From Macrostomum lignano (taxonomy: Eukaryota), in assembly GCA_002269645.1 (NCBI GenBank), contig NIVC01001462.1, positions 222,036 through 286,035 on the forward strand: a DNA stretch of 64,000 nt, given 5' to 3'. The notes under the pieces were generated by a model, which did no database searches, was not told where the DNA came from, and worked only from the letters and a program-made list of their open reading frames with translations. Within the stretch, counting starts at the first letter, position 1. The number at the start of each line of letters is the position of its first letter. Below, one piece after another: positions 23,101-34,644 of this stretch. Position numbers and translations under genes: made by a program.

Positions 23101-26100
23101 TGGATTATTGGGATCAGTATAAGATCAGGGATTAGTAAAGATTTAGGATCATTGGAAATATTGCATTCGTCATTGCTTCTCCAGGAGCTCGCCCAGCTTC
23201 AGCTGAAACCGGCGCCTCAAGCTTCGCCTTCGCCGTCGCCGTCGCCTTCGCCGTCGCCTTCGCCGTCGCCTTCGCCGTCTCCTTCGCCGAGACCAAAGAC
23301 TCCAATAGCCGCCGGTGGTGCCGCCCAGAAGCGAGTGCTGCCAATCAATGTTGGCAACAACAATCGCAAATCTTCGGCGGCTTCCCGAGCTGTCAATAAT
23401 AGCCGAGTTGCCGGTGCCGCCTCGCCCAGGCCGGGCACACCTGGCCGGGTGCAAACCCCAGGTCGCGTCGGTGTCGGCGGCGCCAGAGGTCCAACGGCGC
23501 AGTCCCGACAAAACGACGCCCGTCGCCGAGAAGCGGAACGCGCCGCCGCCATTCGCAAAGCCTACGAGGTGAAGAAGCGACCGTCCCCGGCGGCCAGCCC
23601 ATTGTTGAAGCAGCAGCGCAGCAAGGCCGTGCAGAACAAAGACATGGAGCGTCTGTCTAAAAAGCGCCAAGAATTGGAGGAGAAGCGGCAGCACACTTAT
23701 CGGCAAGAGGGCTGGGTTAATGTGCTGTCGCCTCGGTCGCCGGCCGAGCCGACGCCCCAGCAACGGTTGCAGCAGAAGCAGCAAAAACCTGCTGCAGCAG
23801 CGGCCGCCGTTTCTGCCGCTGGAGAGGCCGCCGTGGCTGGTCGCAACGCCGCAGCCGCTGGTCGCCAGGCGGCTAATCAAGCCCAGAAACTGCTGGACAA
23901 TTTCTGGGAGAGAAAAAAGCAGCAGAAGGCTGGCGGCGGCGCGGCTGCTGGTAATGTTGCCGCGGCCGCTGCTGAGGTGGCGGAGGCTACTCGTGAGTCA
24001 GCGTTCTGCTGTTTCTACTGTTAGAACTTTAGGTACTTTAAGGTACTCTAGGGTGCTCAGTGCCAAGCATTCTGGGGGGGGAGATGGTTGGCGGTGCCAG
24101 TATTCTAGTGGTGGGGTAAGCGGTGCCAGTATTCTAGTGGTAGGGTAAGCGGTGCCAGTATTCTAGTGGTAGGGTAAGCGGTGCCAGTATTCTAGGGGTG
24201 GGTAAGCGGTGCCAGTATTCTAGGGGTGGGTAAGCGGTGCCATATTCTAGGGGTGGGTAAGCGGTGCCATATTCTAGGTGTGGGTAAGCGGTGCCAGTAT
24301 TCTAGTGGTAGGGTAAGCGGTGCCAGTATTCTAGGGGTGGGTAAGCGGTGCCAGTATTCTAGGGGTGGGTAAGCGGTGCCATATTCTAGGGGTGGGTAAG
24401 CGGTGCCATATTCTAGGGGTGGGTAAGCGGTGCCATATTCTAGGGGTGGGTAAGCGGTGCCATATTCTAGGGGTGGGTAAGCGGTGCCATATTCTAGGGG
24501 TGGGTAAGCGGTGCCATATTCTAGGGGTGGGTAAGCGGTGCCAGTATTCTAGGGGTGGGTAAGCGGTGCCATATTCTAGGGGTGGGTAAGCGGTGCCATA
24601 TTCTAGGGGTGGGTAAGCGGTGCCATATTCTAGGGGTGGGTAAGCGGTGCCATATTCTAGGGGTGGGTAAGCGGTGCCATATTCTAGGGGTGGGTAAGCG
24701 GTGCCAGTATTCTAGGGAGGGGTAAAACGGTGCCAGTATTCTAGGGGTGGATAAGCGGTGCCAGTATTCTAGGGGTGGATAAGCGGTGCCAGTATTATAT
24801 ATCATTTTGATAATAACCCAATATTTTCAATCGATCGAATCAATTTAGCTCGCAAGCCAGCAGCAGCCAATAAGCCACCGCCGCCGCCGCCTCCGCCGCC
24901 GCTGTCGCAGGTGCTGCAGGAGGTGCAAGGCCCCATACAGAAAGTGAAGCTTCAGCCGCAATCGAACGATAGTAGTACCAATAGTAATGATGAAGCTAAA
25001 TCTGCAGCTTCAACTACGAATTGTTCGGCAGACGAGAGGCGTCTGCGTAAGGAGCTCATAGCTGGCAAGCGAGCAGCCGCCGCCGCTAACGCTTGGGAAG
25101 GCCGGGTAATGAACGCGAAGCACCTGGAACAGTTGCCGTTGCAGCCGGACTCGGCAACTCTGCCGCCTAGCGACACGTTGATTGTGGCCGAGGAACTGCC
25201 GTCTCCCACTGGGAATAATGGTGACGATAAGCCGTTAACTGTGGCCGCTCGTCGCGAGGCCTGGGAGAATAAGAAACCGGGATCTACTCTGCTGCGCCGC
25301 CTGGGCAATGCTCCTCTGTTGGCTGGAACTGCCGAGTTCGATGGTGAGTTTTCGCCAGCAATACCGACATTAATTGTCGACATAATTTGATTACTGTCGG
25401 TAATGCGCGGCACATCTGAAGGCTGCGTACGGCTGTTCAGTCCATGGACTGGGGGGTCGCCACAATGCAAAGTTTAGTGCAGTGCAATGCAGGTTAGAGC
25501 GTCGGACTCACGACTAAAAGGTCGGGGTTCGATTCTCAACCTACTAAAACAATTTGTGTCCTTGAGCAAGACACTTAACTCTGCATTGCTTCAGTTCACC
25601 CAGCTGTAAAATGGGTGCCAGCATTATCTGGGGTAATTGAGGGCGTACGTGGTGATCCCACCCCCCAGTCCTTGGACTGAACAGCCGCACGCAGCCTTCA
25701 GATGCGCCGCGCAATAGCTGCGACTTAGCTGTCGGTTGCACATCTGGTCATGTATGGATGTACACAGCCTCCGATTTTTAAATCCGGCTTTTCAAGCTTC
25801 CAGATGCTTCCAAATCCCCCATGCTGTTGATGATTTTATTTGGCTCACGATACCCACCCTACATTCCCGTACACAGCCGCCGATCAGCAGGAGCGGGAGG
25901 TGCGCCAGAGCATGTTTGAGACGCTGAAGCAGCTTGAGCTGGAGGATGATGACGCCAATGAGCTGCTGGGCTCTCTGGTTGCCGAAGGCCCAGCCGCTCT
26001 GGACAATGCAGCAGACGCCGCGGCTAATAGGCGCAAGCCCACCCCGGAGGAGCTGTGGGAAGTGATTCACGGTTTCCGGGCTATGCTAGAAGAAAAGAAG

Positions 26101-26772
26101 CAGCAACAGCAGCAGCAGCAGCAGCAGCCGAAGCGGCAGCAGGCCAGCGCTCTGGTGCGAGCCAGCTCGATTCCTGAGGGCCTCTGCAGCTTGCAGCAAT
26201 TTAAGCAGCCACAGCAGCAGCAACAAAAATCTGCTGACAACGCCAAAAAAGAGGACGACGACGTATTCGATCAGGCCAACGAATATTTGAGCGTCAGGTT
26301 GTGCAAACGCGGCAAATCAGTCGGCGAAGGTCTGGACGAACTCGACGAAAATGACAACGACGAAGATAGCGAGATGGACGAAATTCACCGTTCAATAGGC
26401 GACGCGCTCGGCAAGGCGGCGGCTTTGTCGCCGTCGCCGTCGCCCTCGCCGTCGCCTTCGCCCTCGCCGTCGATTGCCACCACGGAATGGGACGACGACG
26501 ACGGCTTGCCGATGGATAACGACGACGAAAACGAGACGTCGGTTGGCGATCCCGTAGTGCTGGCCGAACGACTTCGAGCGGAACTGGAATCGGAGATCGG
26601 GTTCACCAAACTGCTGCCGGCCTACGACTTGGCTGGACAGTTGGAACGCGACGACAATGTGACCGTCGACGAGACTGAACGGCGAGTTCGCGAGGCACTT
26701 GGGCCGCAGCATGCGGGCGTGTACGATAAACTGATGCGGCTGGTGCTGTACGACAATCAGGCTGATCAGTGA
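20128..26772 (+). CDS. nek1: NIMA-related Ser/Thr kinase, NEK1-like (~1005 aa)
   Basis: Exons 20128-20516, 21635-21988, 22247-22322, 23185-23992, 24849-25343 and 25877-26772 (3018 nt, in frame). Motifs GKGAFG, VLKE, HRDIKPKN, DFG, YLSPE. The C-terminal LRAELESEIGF...LG.QH...Y..L..LV segment resembles the NEK1 C-terminus. Confidence 0.88.
20600..21530. repeat. ~31-bp intronic minisatellite (NEK intron 1)
   Basis: Unit CCTATCGAAGGACCTGAGGGGTTGTCAGTGG. Confidence 0.95.
22325..23150. repeat. 25-bp intronic minisatellite (NEK intron 3)
   Basis: Unit GGATTTGGATTATTGGGATCAGTAC. Confidence 0.95.
24070..24795. repeat. 27-bp intronic minisatellite (NEK intron 4)
   Basis: Unit GCGGTGCCATATTCTAGGGGTGGGTAA. 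Confidence 0.95.
25403..25725 (+). mobile_element. tRNA-SINE plus an inverted SINE tail fragment (NEK intron 5)
   Basis: 25490-25725 matches the SINE at 10425-10670; 25403-25456 is the reverse complement of 25661-25712. Confidence 0.8.
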
Positions 26773-26934
26773 CGGCCTTACTGGCTATTCATGACCTTCT
26801 CATTCAGAATTTCCTGTTTACTTGTTTCTTTAGCTTGGAGGCGTTTCTTTTATTGTGTTTAATGGGTTAAATTTTCACGTATTTATCTGAATGAAAAGGA
26901 CGGAAAATTCTGTGCATACATATGTCACATTCCC

Positions 26935-27210
26935 ATGTATACATATCTCTAGGGGTAAGCTTTCTATGCATACATATCTCTAGGGGTAAGATTTATATGC
27001 ATACATATCTCTAGGGGTAAGCTTTCTATGCATACATATCTCAAGGGGTGAGATTTCTATGCATACATATCTACAGGGGTGAGATTTCTCTGTATACATA
27101 TCTCTAGGGGTGAGATTTCTTTGTATACATATCTCTAGGGGTAAGATTTCTATGCATACATATCTCTAGGGGTGAGATTTCTATGCATACATATCTCTAG
27201 GGGTGAGATT
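26935..27210. repeat. 31-bp minisatellite downstream of NEK1
   Basis: Unit ATACATATCTCTAGGGGTAAGCTTTCTATGC. Confidence 0.9.
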
Positions 27211-28051
27211 TGTTGTTTTAGAATTGAGATTTTATAGCATAGTGTGAAATTCCGGGCCCTAAATTTATTGATAAGAAATCTTTTCATTCATGAATTCTAC
27301 ACAATTTCTGTGAATGAAAAAAGGTGGAAAACTTGATGTCGTTCGATCAACTTGTCAGTCATAGGTGAGAAGGCAAATCGTTGCAAAAGCAAAAAATGGC
27401 TGTTTTTCTACAGCTGTTTCATTAACAGAATGTTGCGCCATAACTTCTCGTGTTGTAAATGCGACTTGCCATTAGCCATCCACATTTGGGAATTGCAACG
27501 TCTGCTTTAATCAGATTCGAATATTTTATGATTTCTATGTGATTTTTTTATCAACTATTCGTCTTTGAAAATTAATACTAGATGGCTATGGTACGAAGCC
27601 TCTACAACTTAGACCTTGTACTTTTTATTCTTCTCTTTGGTCTAATTATGAATTCGCTAATCTGCTTGGCTACGTTTCTACGTTTATTTAGTTCTTGAGA
27701 AACATTCCGTCCTGTTTATTTTGCTGTGATAACTTTTACTTTTCTTATTGACAAGATCGCACTCTATTTAAATAGATGTCTGTTTTATGTGTGCAAAAAA
27801 CTTCACTTGTTTTATATAGGTTTGCGTGTTCGAATTGCACTACTTACCATTGCTGCTGTAGCGCTTGTTTTCATCTTATACAGAAATAAACTTTGCTATC
27901 AGCTAGCATGTCTTATTTATATTTTTACGGTGAAGTTGCCGTCGGTCTTGAAGTTAATTTCACTAGATTAAATTCACACATAGTTCACTGTAGGTTAGTT
28001 TGAATATAATGTAGAAAATAGCCTGAAAAGTTTATCACAGATCTCTATCTG

Positions 28052-28580
28052 CGAGAGGTGTCCGGAGAGTTCTGGCACTTTTAATCACAGAGCAAGAACA
28101 GTAGCAGCCGCAAGCACAACTTTGATATCATTTTAAAGCGCACATCGCTTCTTACCTATGAATTTAGTCGCATTTATTTTAGTCATTTCATTCAAAAGTA
28201 ATGTACCATGCACCATTATGAGTGTGCAATCGAAAAAAGGGCCAAAGGCACGGAATGCTTAAGCGATGAGAAGTGGGTTGCTACAGGTGAAGACTATGTT
28301 GAGAAGGCTGCCTTGAAGGTTGATGATGAATGACTACAATTCGTTTCTTTGAGGACAAAATATCGCCTTTTATATTTTTAAAACTTTTACTGTAAGACTG
28401 TCGGTGGCATTGGGATGGTTTTTCACACACAACTTTTGAATGAAATGATTAAAATGCACGCGGCTGAATTCATTGGAAAGAAGAGATGTGCTGATTTAAA
28501 ATGACACCAACGTTGTGACTGCAGCTGCTACTGTTTTTGCTCTGGGATTAAAAGTGTCAGAACTTTCCGGACACCCCTCG
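28052..28580. mobile_element. Tc1/mariner-like MITE
   Basis: ~145-bp inverted arms starting CGAG(A/G)GGTGTCCGGA; TA at the right end, left TA mutated to TG. Confidence 0.7.
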
Positions 28581-29409
28581 TAGTCTACCAGTACATGCCG
28601 TAAAAAACCATCTGTAAATTTTATGTGTCGAAAACTGCATTCGATTCGGGCACTGGGTACAGGAGCCATCATAACCCTTAAAAATATCTGATAAGCAGAA
28701 ATATGCTTTGCTCACAGGCAAATAAAGCATCTTCTGGATCATATTACGCTAGTAAAAGCAACCTAGCTGTCTATTCCCAATAGCTATATTTCCTGTGCTC
28801 AGTGCTTGAATATCGAATGTAGTTACTTAACAGAAAAAAATAACCAGTGTTTTCTTTCGGTATGCAGCGTTGACTAGAAGATCGGCGCTATAACTGTAGC
28901 TGAGTAAACTTGCTCAATAGTTTATTATAGTTGCTCTCCTGTACAGCTGTGTGTACGATGCTGTAATTTGATCATGCATGCATACTGTCTTCTTGTGTCT
29001 GCTCTGCTCAGACAATCTAGTTAGCTAGTTTTATTGATCCACTAGAATCCCGTGTTTGAATCTCTTTTAATCCTGTTTGTCGTATTACCGTAGTTTGCCT
29101 TCTGTCCCGAAGCAGCTCTCATCCAACTTGGCTTACCGGGTCTGTCTTTAAACATCTGTCATGCTTCAGTGAAACCATGACAGCGAACACCCGTCAGCCT
29201 TTGATTGTAATAGGGCTTTGTACTTTTTCGGGGAAGGACAGGAAGGAAACAGTCAGATGGAGCGGGTTCTAAAAACTCATCTTCGTCTCTCTTATTGGTC
29301 TGCATTTCATTCCGTGCTTCACTAATCCCACTGTCTTTCCTATATAGTAAGTGCAGGAAAATGTACCCGCATAAGTTACACGGAATTCAATCTGTTTTGC
29401 TGCATTGAA

Positions 29410-30771
29410 ATGAATACAGCTAGAGGCGTTGCCAACAACGAAGAAGAGTCTGATACAGCTTCCTTAGCTTCGTCGGGCTCTTTGACGGATATTACTGGAT
29501 TGACAAATCGACTGCTCGGTCCTTCGGCAACCTATCCTCCTGACGCTGGCATCTACGCTGAATGTCATTTGCTTGCTCCTTCGGTTGCCTGTTTGGCCAC
29601 TGCTAATCAGAAAGCTTGTAGTGACCTTAGGAATGACAGCAATGATGCTAGTAACGATTCCGAAGACGGTAGTGGCTGGTTAGCACCACCTTCATCAGAT
29701 TCTTTGCTATCGTCATCGGAAGCTGTAGCATCGAATTCGGCTTCATCATCAATGCCACCATCGCGACTTGATGGCAAAGCCGCTCGCGAGGCTCTTCAAC
29801 GCTACGTAGCAGATCGGCACGGTGTGCGGGGCCCCGACTGTCTGTGCGGCGCTGGCCGAGCCGCTGCGGCCATGGAATTGCGCGGCCTGCACCACGGCTG
29901 CTCAGTGGCCTATCGTTGCGAACTGCTAGTAGAACGTCGTCGACTTCAATGGCGCTGTTTGCCGTATACTGATGAAGATGGTTCAAAACGTCAAGTAGTG
30001 TTAGACGCGGATGGTGGTGCAGCACGACCGGAATCGCCATGGGATATTGTTGTACCAGGCGGCGAACTTGACGACGAACGGTTGAAGCACTGGCTAGAAG
30101 GCAAAGCTACTGTTGCCGTGCCGGGCACGGAATCGATTCGTTCTTGCGGCTACTGTCGCGGTCGAGGTCGCATTCAATGCAGCGATTGTCGCTCGGGCGG
30201 TAAACCGCCTCAACCTTGTCCAGCTTGCGGTAGCGACAGTAAAAAGAAACCATCGACTGATGACAGCGCTTTCTGTAGTTTCTGCGGCGGTACTACCGGA
30301 TTTTTACGCTGCAGTCGATGCAGCTCGAATGGAACCTACGTCTGTCCATTGTGCGAGGGTCGGCGTCGCTTAGTTTGGCACCTAGAGTTGTACGTCGTTT
30401 GGCAGCGTCGAGGTGAGACTCGCTTAGCCGAAGCTTCAATAGTGATTGACGATCCGCAGTTTCTTGGCTTGCGTTTGAGCCAATTCGGCTCGGAGATTTA
30501 TCGCGACGAGGCGCGTAGGCTGGCTCCGTTGACGCCGGATCGATGCGCCGACGATAGGGCGCGCAGATTCTCGCGCGAATTGCTCCCGGCACTATTGCAG
30601 CATCAATCGGCGCTAGGGCGCGTCTTAGCTATGCGGCATAGTGTGTCAGCGTCTTCGGTTACAGCCGTGGACTGGGAGCTGTCTGGTAGGCGTGGTCGGT
30701 TTTATGTTTATGGCACCGATCGTCGGGTGCACTTTCCCGATTATCCTGGGCGAGTGTGCCAGATTCTCTGA
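29410..30771 (+). CDS. ssuh2: SSUH2 homolog (DnaJ-type CxxCxGxG zinc-finger repeats), intronless, 453 aa
   Basis: Repeated CxxCxGxG motifs, LELYVVW, C-terminal FYVYGTDRRVHFPDYP...CQIL. Confidence 0.8.
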   Translation: MNTARGVANNEEESDTASLASSGSLTDITGLTNRLLGPSATYPPDAGIYAECHLLAPSVACLATANQKACSDLRNDSNDASNDSEDGSGWLAPPSSDSLLSSSEAVASNSASSSMPPSRLDGKAAREALQRYVADRHGVRGPDCLCGAGRAAAAMELRGLHHGCSVAYRCELLVERRRLQWRCLPYTDEDGSKRQVVLDADGGAARPESPWDIVVPGGELDDERLKHWLEGKATVAVPGTESIRSCGYCRGRGRIQCSDCRSGGKPPQPCPACGSDSKKKPSTDDSAFCSFCGGTTGFLRCSRCSSNGTYVCPLCEGRRRLVWHLELYVVWQRRGETRLAEASIVIDDPQFLGLRLSQFGSEIYRDEARRLAPLTPDRCADDRARRFSRELLPALLQHQSALGRVLAMRHSVSASSVTAVDWELSGRRGRFYVYGTDRRVHFPDYPGRVCQIL

Positions 30772-32013
30772 GGCTGTGTCGTTGGCGGAATCTGTTGTCA
30801 AATGTGGAAGATTCAACGCGTTCTACTTTTAAATCCTTTATGCGCGAGCTTCGAATAGCTTCTATAATCTTATAGAATTCGACCTGCCGCTAAATTTCTT
30901 TTGGTCTACGGCCAACAGTCAAAAATATTTATTTAACAGCTCATTAAGAACCGCCACCTCCCATAAGCTGTTGCTACTTCTGGCAATTCCGTCATAAAAT
31001 CCTTAACAAAGACAGACAGACCTTTTAGGCATATTGTACTAACCTGCATTGTGCCAGTCTAATCATAATTTTGTTTGTTTGTTTTAACGTTGTGTTATCT
31101 ACTCTCCTGCTTATGATTTCATCAGTTTTATTAAGGTTAACTGCCTCCTTTGGCAGTATTGGCTTGTCCTTTCTACCTGCTTGATATCATATTTCTAGGT
31201 TTATGTTTCAGTCACATGTTGAGTAAATATATATACTGAAATCGTTATCGAGCTACACTGTCTATTGGGTACATTATCTGCCTATTTGTTTCTTTTTTGG
31301 CTTCCTTTTGAGCTCGATTTTATGTCAAATACTTTGACGTTTTATATGGCTACTAGAGTACGATTTAGCAGCCTTAAATTTGTCCCGATTACTAAATATA
31401 CTCTGGAGGATTGTGTTGTTAGCTCTGTCTCCCAGGTGGAGTGAATGGAATTGGCAGATATTTCTGTCTTTTACGAGCTAGCTCCATTTTCCAGTGTGGG
31501 TAAAAGCTTTTTTTGTACTTTAACGAACGATTGACACCAGTATCTTCTAGACAAAATTTCTTGCTGCTTTCGCAGACAATTTCTGCTTCTTGCAAAATCG
31601 ATTCGTTCATTCGTTGGTAACAGTTTTTCTAGCAGCACATTCTTTTATCTTTTCTATTGCTGATTTAGTAATTGCTCGTAAATAATTATGTTATTGAAAT
31701 GGTTGACCCCATTATGGGAAATTTGCTTCTTCTATTTAGGAAGCCAAAAATCCAAAATGTGACGGAATCTAATTGAATCGTAATAAAGATCTATCCTATG
31801 TGTGCTATCCTCCTGTAGAATTGGGGAAATTTAGTAAACACAGTATGTTTCTCGTCAGTTTCTACAACTGCTTAATCTCAACCTATCTGATGCCTTTTTA
31901 TCTCGGTCTGTCCATTTTAAACTAACTGACGGTTATCCATCCACATCAATTTATAAACACCTCATTTCAATTTCCAACACCTTAAAAACCCAGCCCTACA
32001 CCAAAACTTGCAG

Positions 32014-32682
32014 CCGTCACCAAACCTTACAAAGTTCACCTTAGAAGAAGCGCTCCAGCTTCTCCCAATTCACTCTTCGCAACAAGCCGCGGTGTGCGGG
32101 TTCACCGGTACAGTGGTCTATTATCACTACGGATGCGATGGCTTGAACGACGCGGGCTGGGGCTGCGGCTATCGGGCCTGTCAAACTCAGCTGCACTGGC
32201 TGTTGAGCAATTCGAAACTTCAGCATCCCGATCCGGAAGTGCCGGCCATACCCGCAATGCAATCGGCTTTAGTTGCTATGGGCGATAAGCCGCCTAGTTT
32301 TACTGGATCTCGCGAATGGATCGGCTGTCTGGAAGCCGCCTACCTTGCAGATAAATTCGCTAATCGAAGGTGTCGGATATTGCATCAGAATAGTCAATCG
32401 AGCGAAGTCAATGTCGATGTGAAATCGTTGAAGAAACACTTTGAGGATGTCGGCTGTCCAGTGATGATGGGCGGTCATACTGACGCGTCTGCTAAGACTG
32501 TTCTGGCTGTGTCAGGTTCCGATACGGATCTGTTGCTGTTGGATCCTCACTATGGCCGAGTGGTCAATAGTCCTCCGTTAAGTCTTAGTGGCTTAGTTCA
32601 CGAAGGCTGGCTCTCGTGGCGTAGTGTTGATTCTTTAACTGAGACCGCGTTTTACAATATGTGTCTGCCTTTAACTGATTGA
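32014..32682 (+). CDS. ufsp1: Ufm1-specific protease 1 (peptidase C78); start codon not in this exon
   Basis: YYHY...DAGWGCGYR (catalytic Cys), MGDKPPSFTGSREWIG, LLDPHY (Asp-His), FYNMCLP. An AG acceptor ends at 32013; no in-frame ATG between the stop at 31954 and the catalytic Cys. Confidence 0.85.
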   Translation, partial: PSPNLTKFTLEEALQLLPIHSSQQAAVCGFTGTVVYYHYGCDGLNDAGWGCGYRACQTQLHWLLSNSKLQHPDPEVPAIPAMQSALVAMGDKPPSFTGSREWIGCLEAAYLADKFANRRCRILHQNSQSSEVNVDVKSLKKHFEDVGCPVMMGGHTDASAKTVLAVSGSDTDLLLLDPHYGRVVNSPPLSLSGLVHEGWLSWRSVDSLTETAFYNMCLPLTD

Positions 32683-32789
32683 TTTGCTGTCAGGTTTGAA
32701 GTCTAGTGAAATGTTTAAATCTGGAGCAAGGTTATAATAAGGGTTGCTTAAGCCAGTAGTTTGTGAACTGCGAAGTCCTGTGTGGAAAG

Positions 32790-33300
32790 CTTGTCAAAAT
32801 ACTTAGTGAACTTTGTCAGAAGACTTGTGAAGATTGACAGAAGACTTTGTGAAGATTGGCAGAAGATTTTGTGAAGATTGCCAGAAGACTTTGTGAAGCT
32901 TGGCTAAAGACTTTGTGAAGATTGCCAGAAGATTTTGTGAAGATTGCCAGAAGACTTTGTGAAGATTGATAGAAGACTTTGGGAAGATTGCCAGAAACCT
33001 TTGTGAAGATTGCTAGAAGACTTTGTGAATCTTGGCAGAACACTTTGTGAAGATTGACACAAGACTTTGTGAAGATTGGCAGAAAACTTTGTGAAGATTG
33101 CCAGAAGATTTTGTGAAGATGGACAGAAGACTTTGTGAAGATTGACAGAAGACTTTGTGAAGATTGCCAGAAGATTTTGTGAAGACTGGCAAAAGACTTT
33201 GTGAAGATTGCCAGAAGATTTTGTGAAGATTGACAGAAGACTTTGTGAAGATTGCCAGAAGATTTTGTGAAGATTGCCAGAAAACTTTGTGAAGCTTGAA
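32790..33300. repeat. 22-bp minisatellite
   Basis: Unit CTTTGTGAAGATTGCCAGAAGA. Confidence 0.95.
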
Positions 33301-34099
33301 ACTTGTGTGATCTTGAAACTTATCTGCTTGAATATAGTTCGGAATTCCCTTCTAGACTGTTCCGTGATTAACTTGCATTCCAGAATTTTAAAGCAACAAA
33401 GCTTTAGAAATCGTAGATTATAGGCTAATTCTAATCTGCAGATAAGTCGTAGAGAACGCTAGCATTGATAAGCACCCCGTGTTTAACTTGCTGCCTTATT
33501 GAGTGTAGCTACTGTTGTCTCTTTAATTCTTGTCAGTTGGATTTTGAGTTGTACGGCTTTCAGATTTGCGGTGCTTTTAAAAATTTCTGCTATACCCTTT
33601 TATTGGTGAAGGATTATTGAGATTTTGCGGATTATTAATTTTAATATAACTCAAAATCTGAAAACCGTCATTGAATTAATAAATATAGCTTTCTGACTGA
33701 CATTTTACTTTTATCTAATATAAAATCAACTATCTATAAGACTAAAGCGATGTAATACAATGTGAATATCCTTTATTTTCGTGTGTAAACACGTGTGTAA
33801 CTAAGTGTACATATTTGCTCTGCAGCTGTGGCAAGATAGGCTGAAAAATAGATAGGCCATTCTTTCCTGTGTAGAGATCGATGTTTGCTCTTCTTTTGTA
33901 TTCTCTGTATCCCTTTGTAAATCTTTCTCCCATAGTATACCTTTTCTTGCATTAATCGATTATAGCCATCAGTTAATCTATACTCTCTTCTCTCCATAAT
34001 TTACCTTCATCTTACCTGGGCTACCAGTTTCTTTGCCTAGTTTATCCTATTTTCACTTGCATTCCCTTCATTTAACTTAATCAGAGAGAAGTTAAACCC

Positions 34100-34360
34100 C
34101 GGTTCTACCCATCTTTACCTCTGCTCTACCCATCTTTACCTCTGCTCTACCCATCCTTTACCCCTGCTCTACCCATCCTTTACCCCTGCTCTACCCATCC
34201 TTACCCCTGCTCTACCCATCCTTTACCTCTGTTCTACCCATTCTTACCTCTGCTCTACCCATCCTTACCCCTGCTCTACCCATTCTTACCCCTGCTCTAC
34301 CCATTCTTACCCCTGTTCTTCCCTCCTTTACCCCTGCTCTACCCTCCTGCGCCCTTAACC
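34100..34360. repeat. 21-22-bp minisatellite
   Basis: Unit TCTACCCATCCTTACCCCTGC. Confidence 0.9.
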
Positions 34361-34644
34361 ACTATCTTTACTCTCTACACATCTTTACACCTAATTATAG
34401 GCCTCATTACACTTGTTCCCTAATCTACCCCATCTTACTTGAAATAGTTTCTTTTTGCGTATATATACCCATCTTTACTTCTAAGCTACCCTTTATCTAC
34501 CCTCAGCTTTCCATAATTTACCAATCCTAATTAACTATAACTCACCACATTCCTGATCAGATCAGTGTACTCCATATCTGCTACGCTAATTAACAATAGA
34601 TCTCGAGAACAAGCCTCGTCCTCTTAAAAGTCCGCCAGTCCGCA

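Noticed and set aside
20737-23122. Repetitive ORFs (GCQKPIEGPE..., LDYWDQYGFG...)
   Set aside because: They are read-through of intronic minisatellites; the NEK exons splice around them.
20600-24795. CRISPR-like arrays
   Set aside because: The units are contiguous tandem repeats with no unique spacers and no cas genes; the context is eukaryotic introns.
23132-26712. Long antisense and alternate-frame ORFs over NEK1 exons
   Set aside because: Expected shadows of GC-rich coding sequence; no independent motifs.
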